A program made the translations under genes and the position numbers. A stretch of 64,000 bases of DNA from an uncultured Opitutales bacterium (lineage in GTDB: Bacteria > Verrucomicrobiota > Verrucomicrobiia > Opitutales > JBHJGM01): NCBI GenBank assembly GCA_964405825.1, contig CAYOPI010000008.1, positions 8,309 to 72,308 of the forward strand, written 5' to 3'. Positions 18,119-28,750 of the stretch are shown piece by piece. Below the pieces are notes generated by a model. It was not told the origin of the DNA and ran no database searches. It worked only from the letters and a program-made list of their open reading frames with translations. Position 1 is the stretch's first letter. Every line of letters starts with the position of its first letter.

Positions 18119-19069
18119 TCAGCCCAGGATCAGCGGGGCCAGCCAGCGGTCGGCCACCAGGGCAAAGAGCACCAGCGGCAGGTAGGCAATCGAGGCCAGA
18201 AAGAGCCGCTTGGCCGGCTTGTCGCGTTCGGTGGTGCCCGCCCGGTAGAAGGCCCAGGCCGGCCGCAGAAAAAGGTAGCCGCCGTAGACCGCCGCCGGGG
18301 CATAAATCAGCCAGGAGGCCTGACCCTGAAACAGCGGCGCCAGGCTGATCGCCACCAGCAACACGGTGAAGCCCAGCGACAACAGCGCGCAGGAACGGCC
18401 CGAAGGATCCGTCACCGAGGCCATCGGCATGCCGGCCTTGGCGTAGTCCTTGCGGTGGTTCCAGGCGATCGCCAGGAAGTGCGGAATCTGCCAGGCGAAG
18501 AGAATGCCAAAAAGCGTCCAGCCCAACGCACCCAACGCATTGTTGGCCGCGGCCCAGCCGATCAGCGGGGGCAACGCGCCCGGCACCGCGCCGACCAAAG
18601 TGGCCCAGGGTGTGCGCGTTTTCAGCGGGGTGTAGACCAGCAGGTACGAGGCGATCGTCGCCGCGGTCAGCCCCGCCGCCAGATAGTTGGTCCCCCAGCC
18701 GACAAGCAGCACTCCGGCCACCCCCAGAACGAGTCCCAGCGCCAGGGCTACGTCCGGCGAAACCGTTCCCGCTGGCAGTGGCCGTGCGCGCGTGCGGGCC
18801 ATCCGTGCGTCCAGCTCGCGCTCCATCCACTGGTTGAGCGCACCACAGGCACCGGCGGCCAGGCTCGTGCCCAGCAGCATCCACAGAAACGGCGTAAACG
18901 CACTCGTGGGCGTGCCCGCCAGGTAGCCCACCACCGCAGTGATGACCGCCAGCAGGCTCAGGCGCGGCTTGGTCAACGCCCACAGCTCGGAGGCAACCGC
19001 GCGTGAACGCACGGAGGCTGGGGCATCCACGCGTTCGGTCGAAGTCGGACTCGAAGTCAACGGCGGCAT
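18119..19069 (-). CDS. ctaB: Protoheme IX farnesyltransferase (heme O synthase)
   Basis: LTKPR, NQWMERELDARMARTRARPLPAG, YTPLK, WQIPHFLAIAW..DYAKAG. Confidence 0.96.
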   Translation of the reverse strand: MPPLTSSPTSTERVDAPASVRSRAVASELWALTKPRLSLLAVITAVVGYLAGTPTSAFTPFLWMLLGTSLAAGACGALNQWMERELDARMARTRARPLPAGTVSPDVALALGLVLGVAGVLLVGWGTNYLAAGLTAATIASYLLVYTPLKTRTPWATLVGAVPGALPPLIGWAAANNALGALGWTLFGILFAWQIPHFLAIAWNHRKDYAKAGMPMASVTDPSGRSCALLSLGFTVLLVAISLAPLFQGQASWLIYAPAAVYGGYLFLRPAWAFYRAGTTERDKPAKRLFLASIAYLPLVLFALVADRWLAPLILG

Positions 19070-19109
19070 ACAGGGATCAGGGTCAGTCGGGACATCAGGG
19101 CGGGCAGCA

Positions 19110-20141
19110 TCATCCTGCGGTCGCGAGTTCCCGGGCGGGCTCCTTGCTTGTGGAAGCAGCCGCCCGCTGGGGACTTGCGGATGTGCGAAGGGGAAGGGCG
19201 AAGGTTGAAAATGTCAATAACCACGTCGTGGCCACCAGCGCGGCGCCAAAAACCAGGTGCGCCGTGGCCACCCAGGCACTGATCAGCGTCCACACCGTCA
19301 GCGCGCCCAGGCCGACCTGCACAATCAGGAGTGAGGCCACCACGTAGGCGCCCAGGCGTTGGACGGGACGCACCGTGCGGTTCACGCTGAGCTTCCAGGT
19401 GAAGACCACCAGCGCAATGCTCACCAGGACCGCGCCGACCCGGTGCAAAAAGTTCATCAGGATGTAGTGGTTCCACACATCCGGGATGAGCGAGCCGTCC
19501 TGCGCCGCGTGGGGAAAGTAGGGAATCGAGAGTCCGGCGTCGATGTGGCGCACAACCGCGCCGAGGGCCACCTGCGCCAGCAGCAGCCCGCAGCTGAGTG
19601 CCCCCCAGAAGCGCAGGCTGCGCAGGGCCGGCGGTCGTTCCAGCCGGCCCGTCCGGGCATAGGCCCGCAGTTGCACCAGAACGAGCGTCGCCAGCATTGC
19701 CACCACGATCTGTGCGCCGACCGCGTGCACGACGCAGAAAGTCTCGGCCACCACGTTGGTTGGGCTGCCGGTGTTGAGCTGGTCCAGACGCACGCGCAGC
19801 CCGCCCAGGACGCCCTGCACAATCACCATTCCCAGAAAACTCCAACCCAGCCAACGTACCCAACGACGCCCGTCCACGCGATGTATCCACACCGCCATCA
19901 CAATCGCCAGCAGGCCCACCAGCGCGCCCAGCAGGCGGTGGCTGTGTTCGGCAAACATGTGCGGATCGTCCAGCCAGCCCTCGGGGTTGACCGAGCCATT
20001 GGAGAAGGGCCAGTCCAGAAACGCCATCCCCGCCAGGATGCTCGTGGTGTGTGCGCCCATCGTGATCAGCAACGTGGTGGGAACCAGCGTCAGCAGGCAC
20101 GTGTAAAAGAGGCCGGGACGATAGGCGATGGAACGAGACAT
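19110..20141 (-). CDS. ctaA: Heme A synthase (COX15/CtaA)
   Basis: DWP, EHSHR, QGVLGGLRV, VVHAV, FLHR, ATAH; about eight TM helices; upstream of ctaB. Confidence 0.9.
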   Translation of the reverse strand: MSRSIAYRPGLFYTCLLTLVPTTLLITMGAHTTSILAGMAFLDWPFSNGSVNPEGWLDDPHMFAEHSHRLLGALVGLLAIVMAVWIHRVDGRRWVRWLGWSFLGMVIVQGVLGGLRVRLDQLNTGSPTNVVAETFCVVHAVGAQIVVAMLATLVLVQLRAYARTGRLERPPALRSLRFWGALSCGLLLAQVALGAVVRHIDAGLSIPYFPHAAQDGSLIPDVWNHYILMNFLHRVGAVLVSIALVVFTWKLSVNRTVRPVQRLGAYVVASLLIVQVGLGALTVWTLISAWVATAHLVFGAALVATTWLLTFSTFALPLRTSASPQRAAASTSKEPARELATAG

Positions 20142-20205
20142 GGACTTGAAGACAACGGGGTCGGAAGCAGTTGCGCGGAGTATTCAAAGCGCTATACTAC
20201 GCCAC

Positions 20206-21069
20206 ATGTTTCCGTTCAAGCCCTCTGAATTGGTTTTGGGAGTGTTTGCAGCAGCCCTTCTGAGCCTTAGCACAACTACGATTGCAGCCCGCACGATCGC
20301 GGCCGAGGTGCTCTCGGTAAATCCGGAAACACGCACGGCCCAGCTGCGCGAACAGGGCGCCAGCGAGGATGCGGTGATGACCGCGCGCATGGGTGCCGGA
20401 GACCTCTCTCTGGATTGGACCGGTCGGCAGATCCGCGGCGAACTGGTCGGCGGCAACTCGCCTTTCCTGGAACGCATCTGGCCGGACGACCCCGTGGCGA
20501 AGCGGCAGGCCGACGGCGTGAATCGCCAGCTGCGCCGCGACACGGTCGAGCGGGGGCGGCGCGTCTTCCGCGCCAACGGCGAGTACATGCCGCCTTTCGC
20601 CCTCTACGATCAGAGCGGCCGCCTCTTCACCAACGAGCAACTCAAGGGCAAGTACACCGTGCTCAACTTCGTCTTCACCCGCTGTCAGGACGCCACCATG
20701 TGCCCGGCTGCAACCACCCGCATGGTCCGTCTGCAGAACGCCCTGGCCGAGACCGACCTCGCAAAGCGCGTGCAGCAGGTCACCTTCACTTTCGACCCCG
20801 AGTACGACACCCCCGGCATCCTGCGCGCCTACGGTGATTCCCGCGGCATCGACCCCGAGCGCTTCCGGCTGCTCACCGGCGACGCGCAGGCCATCCGAGA
20901 CCTCTGCGCACAGTTTGGTATCCGGGTAAAGGCAATCAACAATACGCTCGATCACACCATGTCGACGGTTCTGCTCGACCCCAACGGCAAGATCCGCTTT
21001 CGCAAGACAGGGAGTCGTTGGACCTCCCAGGAGTTTATCGACTTCATCCAGGCCATGGAATCTTCGTGA
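20206..21069 (+). CDS. SCO/SenC family copper chaperone with an extra N-terminal beta domain
   Basis: FALYDQSGR, FVFTRCQDATMCP, TFDPEYDTP, LDHTMSTVLLDPNGKI; signal peptide from ATG 20206. Confidence 0.9.
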   Translation: MFPFKPSELVLGVFAAALLSLSTTTIAARTIAAEVLSVNPETRTAQLREQGASEDAVMTARMGAGDLSLDWTGRQIRGELVGGNSPFLERIWPDDPVAKRQADGVNRQLRRDTVERGRRVFRANGEYMPPFALYDQSGRLFTNEQLKGKYTVLNFVFTRCQDATMCPAATTRMVRLQNALAETDLAKRVQQVTFTFDPEYDTPGILRAYGDSRGIDPERFRLLTGDAQAIRDLCAQFGIRVKAINNTLDHTMSTVLLDPNGKIRFRKTGSRWTSQEFIDFIQAMESS

Positions 21070-21950
21070 GAAACCCTTTCCGAACGCGAATCACCGTTGC
21101 GGCCTTGCTCACGCTGGCCGTCGGTGCGGCGTTTCCGGCCCTGGGCTTCCGCCCCGAGCAGGGCTCGCCGCCCGGGCTGATCGAAAAGTTCGAGGAACGC
21201 TTCGTCGTCGATTCGCAATGCGAGCGCTACGAGATTGTTGAGGTCTTTGCCGACGGGCGGGTGAAGCGTTGGCAGATTCTGATGCTTTACCAGTACCAGG
21301 CCGAGAAGGTCTACGGGCTGATCCGCGTCCTGCCCAACGAGGGCGACCCGGGCCGCGTTGCGCTGACCGTGCAGCAAACCGGTGAAACCCCGCAGATCTT
21401 CTCCTGGGAGCCCGGTGCGCGGAAAGCGCGTCAGCTGGAGGGGCCGCCCGCGCGCCTGACCATCGGCGACTCCCCCTGGCACTACGAGAACATGCTCGAC
21501 GATGACAAGGAGCCCTGGAACTGGGAGCGCTCCCGGGGCCGCGCCTTTGTTGAGGGGGTTGAGTGCAATGTGCTCGTGGGTAACTGGGGCAACCCGGAGA
21601 TGCGCTACAACAGTGCCTTTGGCCAGCGCCGCATCCACCTGCCCGTGGGCGACCTGGTCTTTGCCAAGACCGAATTCTTCGACCGGCGCGGTAACTTCGT
21701 GAAGACCATCTGGGCGCGCGACTACCGCGAGGTCGACCGTCGCCCCGACGGCCAGCCCCGCCTGCGCGCGCATCGTATTGACATCCGCAACGCCGAGCGC
21801 GATTCCCACACCATGTTTCTGTTGCGCGAGGGCAAGTACGACCTGCCGCTGCCCGAGGGCCTCTTCGACCCGGCGTACCTGCCGCAATGGTCCACCCAGA
21901 TCGATTCCGAACTGCTCGCGCTGATGCAGCAGGAGGAGGAACGCTCGTGA
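21066..21950 (+). CDS. LolA-like / outer-membrane lipoprotein-sorting family protein
   Basis: GTG overlaps the SCO stop (GTGA). KARQL..IGDSPWHYENM, KTEFFDRRGNFVKT and LPEGLFDPAYL resemble LolA-like/DUF1329 proteins. Confidence 0.65.
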   Translation: MRNPFRTRITVAALLTLAVGAAFPALGFRPEQGSPPGLIEKFEERFVVDSQCERYEIVEVFADGRVKRWQILMLYQYQAEKVYGLIRVLPNEGDPGRVALTVQQTGETPQIFSWEPGARKARQLEGPPARLTIGDSPWHYENMLDDDKEPWNWERSRGRAFVEGVECNVLVGNWGNPEMRYNSAFGQRRIHLPVGDLVFAKTEFFDRRGNFVKTIWARDYREVDRRPDGQPRLRAHRIDIRNAERDSHTMFLLREGKYDLPLPEGLFDPAYLPQWSTQIDSELLALMQQEEERS

Positions 21951-22837
21951 GCCTGTGGTGGCAGACCGGCCTGATCACCGCAGGTTTTGCCGCGGCCTAC
22001 GTGGGCCTGCGCAACATCCCCCAGCAGAACTGCGAATTCCTCCACTACGAGAGTGTTGGCGAGACCCTCGACGGCGGCGAGGTCTGCTCTTCAAGCGCTC
22101 CGCCGCTTTTCCTGGATCTCACCCGGCTGCGTTTTCCGGTCGAACTGCGCCTGCGTCCCGAAACGAAGGTCGAGCCCGGCCGCCCGGCCTACTTCACCCT
22201 CGAACTGGTGACCGACGGCGGGCAGACGCTCCTGCCACACGAGCTGGCCATCGTCCACACCGAGCGCCTCCACCTGATGCTGCTGGACGAGAGCCTCGGC
22301 GACTACCACCACCTGCATCCCGAGCCTCAGGGTGCCTCCGGCAGTTGGAGTTTTCAGTTCACCCCGCGCGAAGGCGGTAGCTACCGCGCCATTGCCGAGG
22401 TCGTCCCGCTGCTGACCAAACGGCAGGTCGTGGCCGACAGCTGGATCGAGGTTCCGGGCAAAGGTACGCCCGCGCGCCTGAGCGCACGCCAGACCGTCGG
22501 CGAAGTCGATGGCTACCGCTTCTCCCTGGCCGCGCCCGAGGGCCAGCTGCCGCGCGAATGGGACAACGCCCTTGAGCTGACCATAGAGCGGCCCGACGGC
22601 GGCCCGGTGGCGCTTCAACAAATCATGGGCGAAGTGGCCCACATGGTCGCCTTCGACAAGGACCGAGCCGGCTACGCTCACCTGCACCCGGTCCAGACCG
22701 GTGCCGAAAGCGATGCAACGGCCCCGCGCATGGCATTCACTTTCAACACCGCCAAGCCCGGCAACTACCGCCTCTGGGCTCAGGTCAAGCTCGACGACCA
22801 GGAGCGCTTCATCCCCTTCGACCTCACCGTGGAGTAG
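21947..22837 (+). CDS. Membrane-anchored His-rich putative heavy-metal-binding protein with two tandem Ig-like domains
   Basis: GTGA overlap; VHTERLHL..DYHHLHP and EVAHMV..YAHLHP; both domains end in G.YR..A/Q motifs. Confidence 0.7.
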   Translation: MSLWWQTGLITAGFAAAYVGLRNIPQQNCEFLHYESVGETLDGGEVCSSSAPPLFLDLTRLRFPVELRLRPETKVEPGRPAYFTLELVTDGGQTLLPHELAIVHTERLHLMLLDESLGDYHHLHPEPQGASGSWSFQFTPREGGSYRAIAEVVPLLTKRQVVADSWIEVPGKGTPARLSARQTVGEVDGYRFSLAAPEGQLPREWDNALELTIERPDGGPVALQQIMGEVAHMVAFDKDRAGYAHLHPVQTGAESDATAPRMAFTFNTAKPGNYRLWAQVKLDDQERFIPFDLTVE

Positions 22838-22927
22838 CCCCGGGTTTTCCAACCCTGGGCCGCGCTGATCGTGAAGCCGGTCGAGGGAAGGGGGGACTTT
22901 CGGCGTCCTCGCCACGGGCTGCGTGTT

Positions 22928-23677
22928 TCAGCCGGAACCCAAGCCCGCCGTGCCTCCATCGCGGACAAACAGCCCGTTGGCCTGCAGCACGTGTCCGGTG
23001 TTCAGGTCGGTGAACTCACTGTCCACACCGATCAGCCGGAAACCCAGTTCGCTCATCTGCGCGAGCAGTTCAGGCAGTAGCTTGGCCCCGTCGTAAAGCG
23101 GCACCAGCGAAAGCTCCAGCTCCACCAGCTTGATCTTCTGCAGCGACTGCGCCGCCCCCTTGAGCACGGCCTCCTCGTAGCCCTGCGTGTCGATCTTCAG
23201 GAAGACCTTGTCGGTGGGACCGCACAACTCGTCATAGAGCGCATCCAGCGGGCGCACCTGAATGGTTTCCGAGCCTGTGTAACGCGACTGCGGGGCCACC
23301 TGTTCATGGGTCGGGAGCATGTTCAGGAGCGAGGAACTGTGGGAGTTACCGGCAATGTGTATCTCGGTTTGCGTTTCCTCGGCACCCAGGGCAAAATTGT
23401 TGGCCTGCCAGTCGGGGTCGCCGTCACTGGCCGCCTTCAGCTCGGCAAAGGCCGAGGAGAGGGGCTCGAAGGAGAAGATCTTTCCCGTGTAATCGCATTG
23501 TTGCCGGAGTTCCTCGGAGAACTGGCCGGTGTTTGCGCCAACGTCGAGCACCACGTTGATCTGGTGGGTCTTCAGCAGCAGGCCCAGGCGAGCGACCACG
23601 TGGGTGGCCGCGTTGAAACGGTCGATTTGAAACCCGACCTTCCAGAGGCGGCGTTGGAGGCGTTGCTTACGGTTCAT
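22928..23677 (-). CDS. FkbM family methyltransferase
   Basis: [30 protein letters not shown]. Confidence 0.93.
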   Translation of the reverse strand: MNRKQRLQRRLWKVGFQIDRFNAATHVVARLGLLLKTHQINVVLDVGANTGQFSEELRQQCDYTGKIFSFEPLSSAFAELKAASDGDPDWQANNFALGAEETQTEIHIAGNSHSSSLLNMLPTHEQVAPQSRYTGSETIQVRPLDALYDELCGPTDKVFLKIDTQGYEEAVLKGAAQSLQKIKLVELELSLVPLYDGAKLLPELLAQMSELGFRLIGVDSEFTDLNTGHVLQANGLFVRDGGTAGLGSG

Positions 23678-23840
23678 TATCTGGGTCGAGGCGATGTGGA
23701 CAGCAAGGCGGCAAGCAGGGCAGCAGTATGGGCGCGGTCTTTGCGATGGCTACCCAAATCAACGCCTCGACCCAACCCGAGTGCACAGAGGCGAATTCCC
23801 GCTTTGCGCCCGGCGATCCCTTCTGTTTGCATCTGCGTGC

Positions 23841-25556
<1,716 letters not shown>

Positions 25557-25746
25557 GCGAGTCGCCAGCGTCATGGGGCAGCCGCCAGCGAGCGCTCTTT
25601 CCACGAAGCGTTTGGGTATCCTGAGTTCACGACTGGGAAACGTGAAAAAAACTCGTGAAGTTGGAGGCCAGTTTGGGTTGACCCCCGCGTTTGCGGCGTT
25701 TCTGTGCTGGTAATCCTAACTCAAGTCGCTATTAACTTCACTAATT

Positions 25747-27654
25747 ATGTCCCTCACCACGACCCTCCCCATAAACTACCCGCTGCCCGCCGAAGCGCGC
25801 GACATTCTTGAGAATGCGCGTTCCGTCACCGTCGCCAACACGGTGGACGACCTGCTCGCGCTGGCCGTCCGCGACGCCGGTCCCGACGGATGGCATCCGG
25901 TGGCTTACGACGTCAATGGCGAGAGCGTCCTCGAGGCCCGTGCCTGCCGCGTCAAGAACGGCATCGCCGCCAACTACATCGAGCCGTACATGCGCCGGCG
26001 CGACCCGAACTGCATGGTCATCGGCGACGACCGTCCCACGGACAAGCCGACCTTCAAGGAGCGCTTCGGCAAGAGCTTCGAGGACATGCGGACCGAGACC
26101 TTTGCCTGGATGAAGACCCAGCACCTGGCCATGTTCGCCTTCCGCGCGGGCATGCCCGGTACCGGCACCGACGCCATCGTCATCGCCCCGGCCAACGCGG
26201 GCTTCTTCGCCCTGGGCCTGGCGCTGTTGCAGGGCCTGCTGCACACCGACGAGATTCCGGAAGGCTTTGACCCCAAGGCGGTCATCTACGTGGCCCCGCC
26301 CTTCCGCCACACCCACCTGGACGGCAAGCAGGTCGTGGTGCACAACCGCCGCGAGGGCCTGCACGAGCTCTTCAGCTACAATTTGTACCCCGGCCCCAGC
26401 GCCAAGAAAGGGATCTACGGCGTGTTGCTCACCCTTGGCGAGAAGCAGGAGTGGGTCACCATGCACTGCTCCACGGCCAAGGTCGTCACCCCGTACGAAC
26501 GATGGATTGTCATCTCCCACGAAGGGGCCAGCGGCGGTGGCAAGAGCGAGATGCTTGAGCACGTCCACCGTCAGCACGACGGGTCGCTCCTGCTGGGCGA
26601 GAATCTGGTCACGGGTGAGTCCCGGCACATCACCCTGCCGCAGAGCTGCAGCATCAACCCGGTCACCGACGACATGGCCCTCTGCCATCCGTCCTTTAAC
26701 CGCGGCAACGGCAAGCTCGGGCTGATGGACGCCGAGGACGCCTGGTTCGTGCGCGTCAATCACATCGAAGACTACGGCACCGACCCGCACCTGGAGCGCA
26801 TCACGCTCAAGCCCTCGATGCCGCTGCTCTTCCTCAACATCGACGCCCAGCCGGGCAGCACCGCGCTGATCTGGGAGCACATTCACGATGAACCGGGTGT
26901 GCCCTGCCCGAATCCGCGCGTGGTGATTCCCCGGGATGCCTTCCCGAACGTTCACCAGGGCAAGATCGACGTGGATGTGCGCTCCTTCGGGGTACGCTGC
27001 CCGCCGTGCACGCGCGAAAAGCCCACCTACGGCATCCTCGGGATGTTCCACCTGCTGCCGCCGGCGCTGGCCTGGCTGTGGCGTCTGGTGGCCCCGCGCG
27101 GTCACGCCAACCCGTCGATCACCGACACCGAGGGCATGACCAGCGAGGGCGTTGGCTCCTACTGGCCCTTTGCGACCGGTCGCCGCGTCGACCAGGCCAA
27201 CCTGCTCCTTCGCCAGATCGAGGACACCCCGCGCGTGCGCTACATCCTCACGCCCAACCAGCACATCGGTGCCTGGAAGGTCAGCTTCATGCCGCAGTGG
27301 ATCACCCGCGAGGTCATGGCCCGTCGCGGTGGCCCCAACTTCACCGAAGAACAGGTGGGCGAATGCCGTTGCCCGCTGCTGGGTTGGACCCCGAGCTCCA
27401 TCCTGGTCGAGGGCCGCGTCATCGGGAGCTGGTTCTTCTCGGTGGATTTGCAGCCTGAAGTCGGCGAAGAAGCCTACGACAAGGGTGCCGCCATCCTGCG
27501 TGAGTTCTTCTTCCGCGAGCTCAAGCAGTTCGTCGGTCCGGACCTCATGCCGCTGGGCAAGACCATCATCGAGTGCTGCCTCGATGACGGATCGGTGCAC
27601 GACTACCTGAAGCTGCTGCCGCACCCGACCCTGATTCAGGACGAAGACGGCTGA
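25747..27654 (+). CDS. DUF4914 family protein (P-loop, PEP-carboxykinase-like)
   Basis: YMRRRDPNCM, YNLYPGPSAKKG, Walker A-like HEGASGGGKSE, VTDDM, SEGVGSYWPF. Confidence 0.85.
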   Translation: MSLTTTLPINYPLPAEARDILENARSVTVANTVDDLLALAVRDAGPDGWHPVAYDVNGESVLEARACRVKNGIAANYIEPYMRRRDPNCMVIGDDRPTDKPTFKERFGKSFEDMRTETFAWMKTQHLAMFAFRAGMPGTGTDAIVIAPANAGFFALGLALLQGLLHTDEIPEGFDPKAVIYVAPPFRHTHLDGKQVVVHNRREGLHELFSYNLYPGPSAKKGIYGVLLTLGEKQEWVTMHCSTAKVVTPYERWIVISHEGASGGGKSEMLEHVHRQHDGSLLLGENLVTGESRHITLPQSCSINPVTDDMALCHPSFNRGNGKLGLMDAEDAWFVRVNHIEDYGTDPHLERITLKPSMPLLFLNIDAQPGSTALIWEHIHDEPGVPCPNPRVVIPRDAFPNVHQGKIDVDVRSFGVRCPPCTREKPTYGILGMFHLLPPALAWLWRLVAPRGHANPSITDTEGMTSEGVGSYWPFATGRRVDQANLLLRQIEDTPRVRYILTPNQHIGAWKVSFMPQWITREVMARRGGPNFTEEQVGECRCPLLGWTPSSILVEGRVIGSWFFSVDLQPEVGEEAYDKGAAILREFFFRELKQFVGPDLMPLGKTIIECCLDDGSVHDYLKLLPHPTLIQDEDG

Positions 27655-27684
27655 GCCTGTCGGTCACCCCTTCTTCAGCTTTAC

Positions 27685-27715
27685 AAGGCGTCCCTCACCG
27701 AGGGGCGCTTTTTTT
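27685..27715 (+). terminator. Rho-independent terminator after the DUF4914 gene
   Basis: Stem-loop gcgtccctc-acc-gaggggcgc followed by T7. Confidence 0.8.
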
Positions 27716-27811
27716 GTCCGGTTCGAGTTCATCCAAGCCTCACCTGTCGGGAACAGGCCGGTAGCGCTTTTTTTCTTTCGCTGGTGGTGTCTGACTGTTA
27801 GACGCAAGTAC

Positions 27812-28720
27812 ATGCTGTTTCGTCGGTTAGGAAAAACCAATCTGCGTGTGTCGGTGATTGGACTGGGCACCTGGCAGTTTGGCGGCGAGTGGGGGCGTGA
27901 CTACACGGCGGACGAGGTCCGGGCCATCGTCGACGCCTGCCGCGACTGCGGAATCAATCTCATCGACACTGCTGAGTGCTATGGGGATCACCTCGCCGAG
28001 GCCCTCGTTGGCGAGGCGATCGCGGGCGAGCGCGACCGGTGGATCCTCGCCACGAAGTTTGGTCACAAGTTCAACAAGCGCTTCACCCGCGACGAGGTTT
28101 GGGAGCCCGCCAGCGTTGTCCGCACGCTGGATGCCTCCCTGAAGGCACTGCGGACCGATTATGTGGATCTGCTGCAGTTTCATTCCGGGGCCGATGAGTG
28201 CTTTTTCCAGGACGAGCTGTGGGCGGTGCTGCAGAAGGAAGTCGAAAAGGGAAAAGTGCGCCACCTGGGCAACTCCGTCGGCTTCAACGGCAACGTGAAG
28301 CAGCTCGAGAAGTCCGCCGACTACGGCATCGCGGCGATCCAGATCATCTACAACTACCTTGACCGCACGCCGGAGCAGGGCTGCTTCCCGGTCTGCGAGC
28401 AACAGGACCTGGGTGTCCTCGCACGGGTGCCGCTGGCCAGCGGATTTCTCAGCGGCAAGTACAAGCCCGGGGCCACCTTCAACGAAAAGGACTGGCGCAG
28501 CCATTGGATGAGTCCTGAAGCCCGGGACAAGGCTCTGGCCGAGGTTGAGCGCATTCAAGGCGAGGAACTGCCCCCGGGCGTGCCGATGGCTCGCTGGGCC
28601 CTGGCCTGGTGCCTGCGCCACGCCAACGTCCACACCGTCATCCCCGGCTGCAAGGACCCCGCGCAGGCCCGCGACAACGCTGCTGCCGCCGACCTCCTGG
28701 GCACCGTGGCTACCGCCTGA
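27812..28720 (+). CDS. Aldo/keto reductase
   Basis: VSVIGLGTWQFGG, IDTAECYG, ATKFG, SLKALRTDYVDL, PLASG.LSGKY, VIPG. Confidence 0.95.
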   Translation: MLFRRLGKTNLRVSVIGLGTWQFGGEWGRDYTADEVRAIVDACRDCGINLIDTAECYGDHLAEALVGEAIAGERDRWILATKFGHKFNKRFTRDEVWEPASVVRTLDASLKALRTDYVDLLQFHSGADECFFQDELWAVLQKEVEKGKVRHLGNSVGFNGNVKQLEKSADYGIAAIQIIYNYLDRTPEQGCFPVCEQQDLGVLARVPLASGFLSGKYKPGATFNEKDWRSHWMSPEARDKALAEVERIQGEELPPGVPMARWALAWCLRHANVHTVIPGCKDPAQARDNAAAADLLGTVATA

Positions 28721-28750
28721 CCCAATACCCCACAAGCACCGCATCGAGCC

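Noticed and set aside
25741-27624. 627-aa ORF antisense to the DUF4914 gene
   Set aside because: Same mirror-frame artefact; no recognisable domain.
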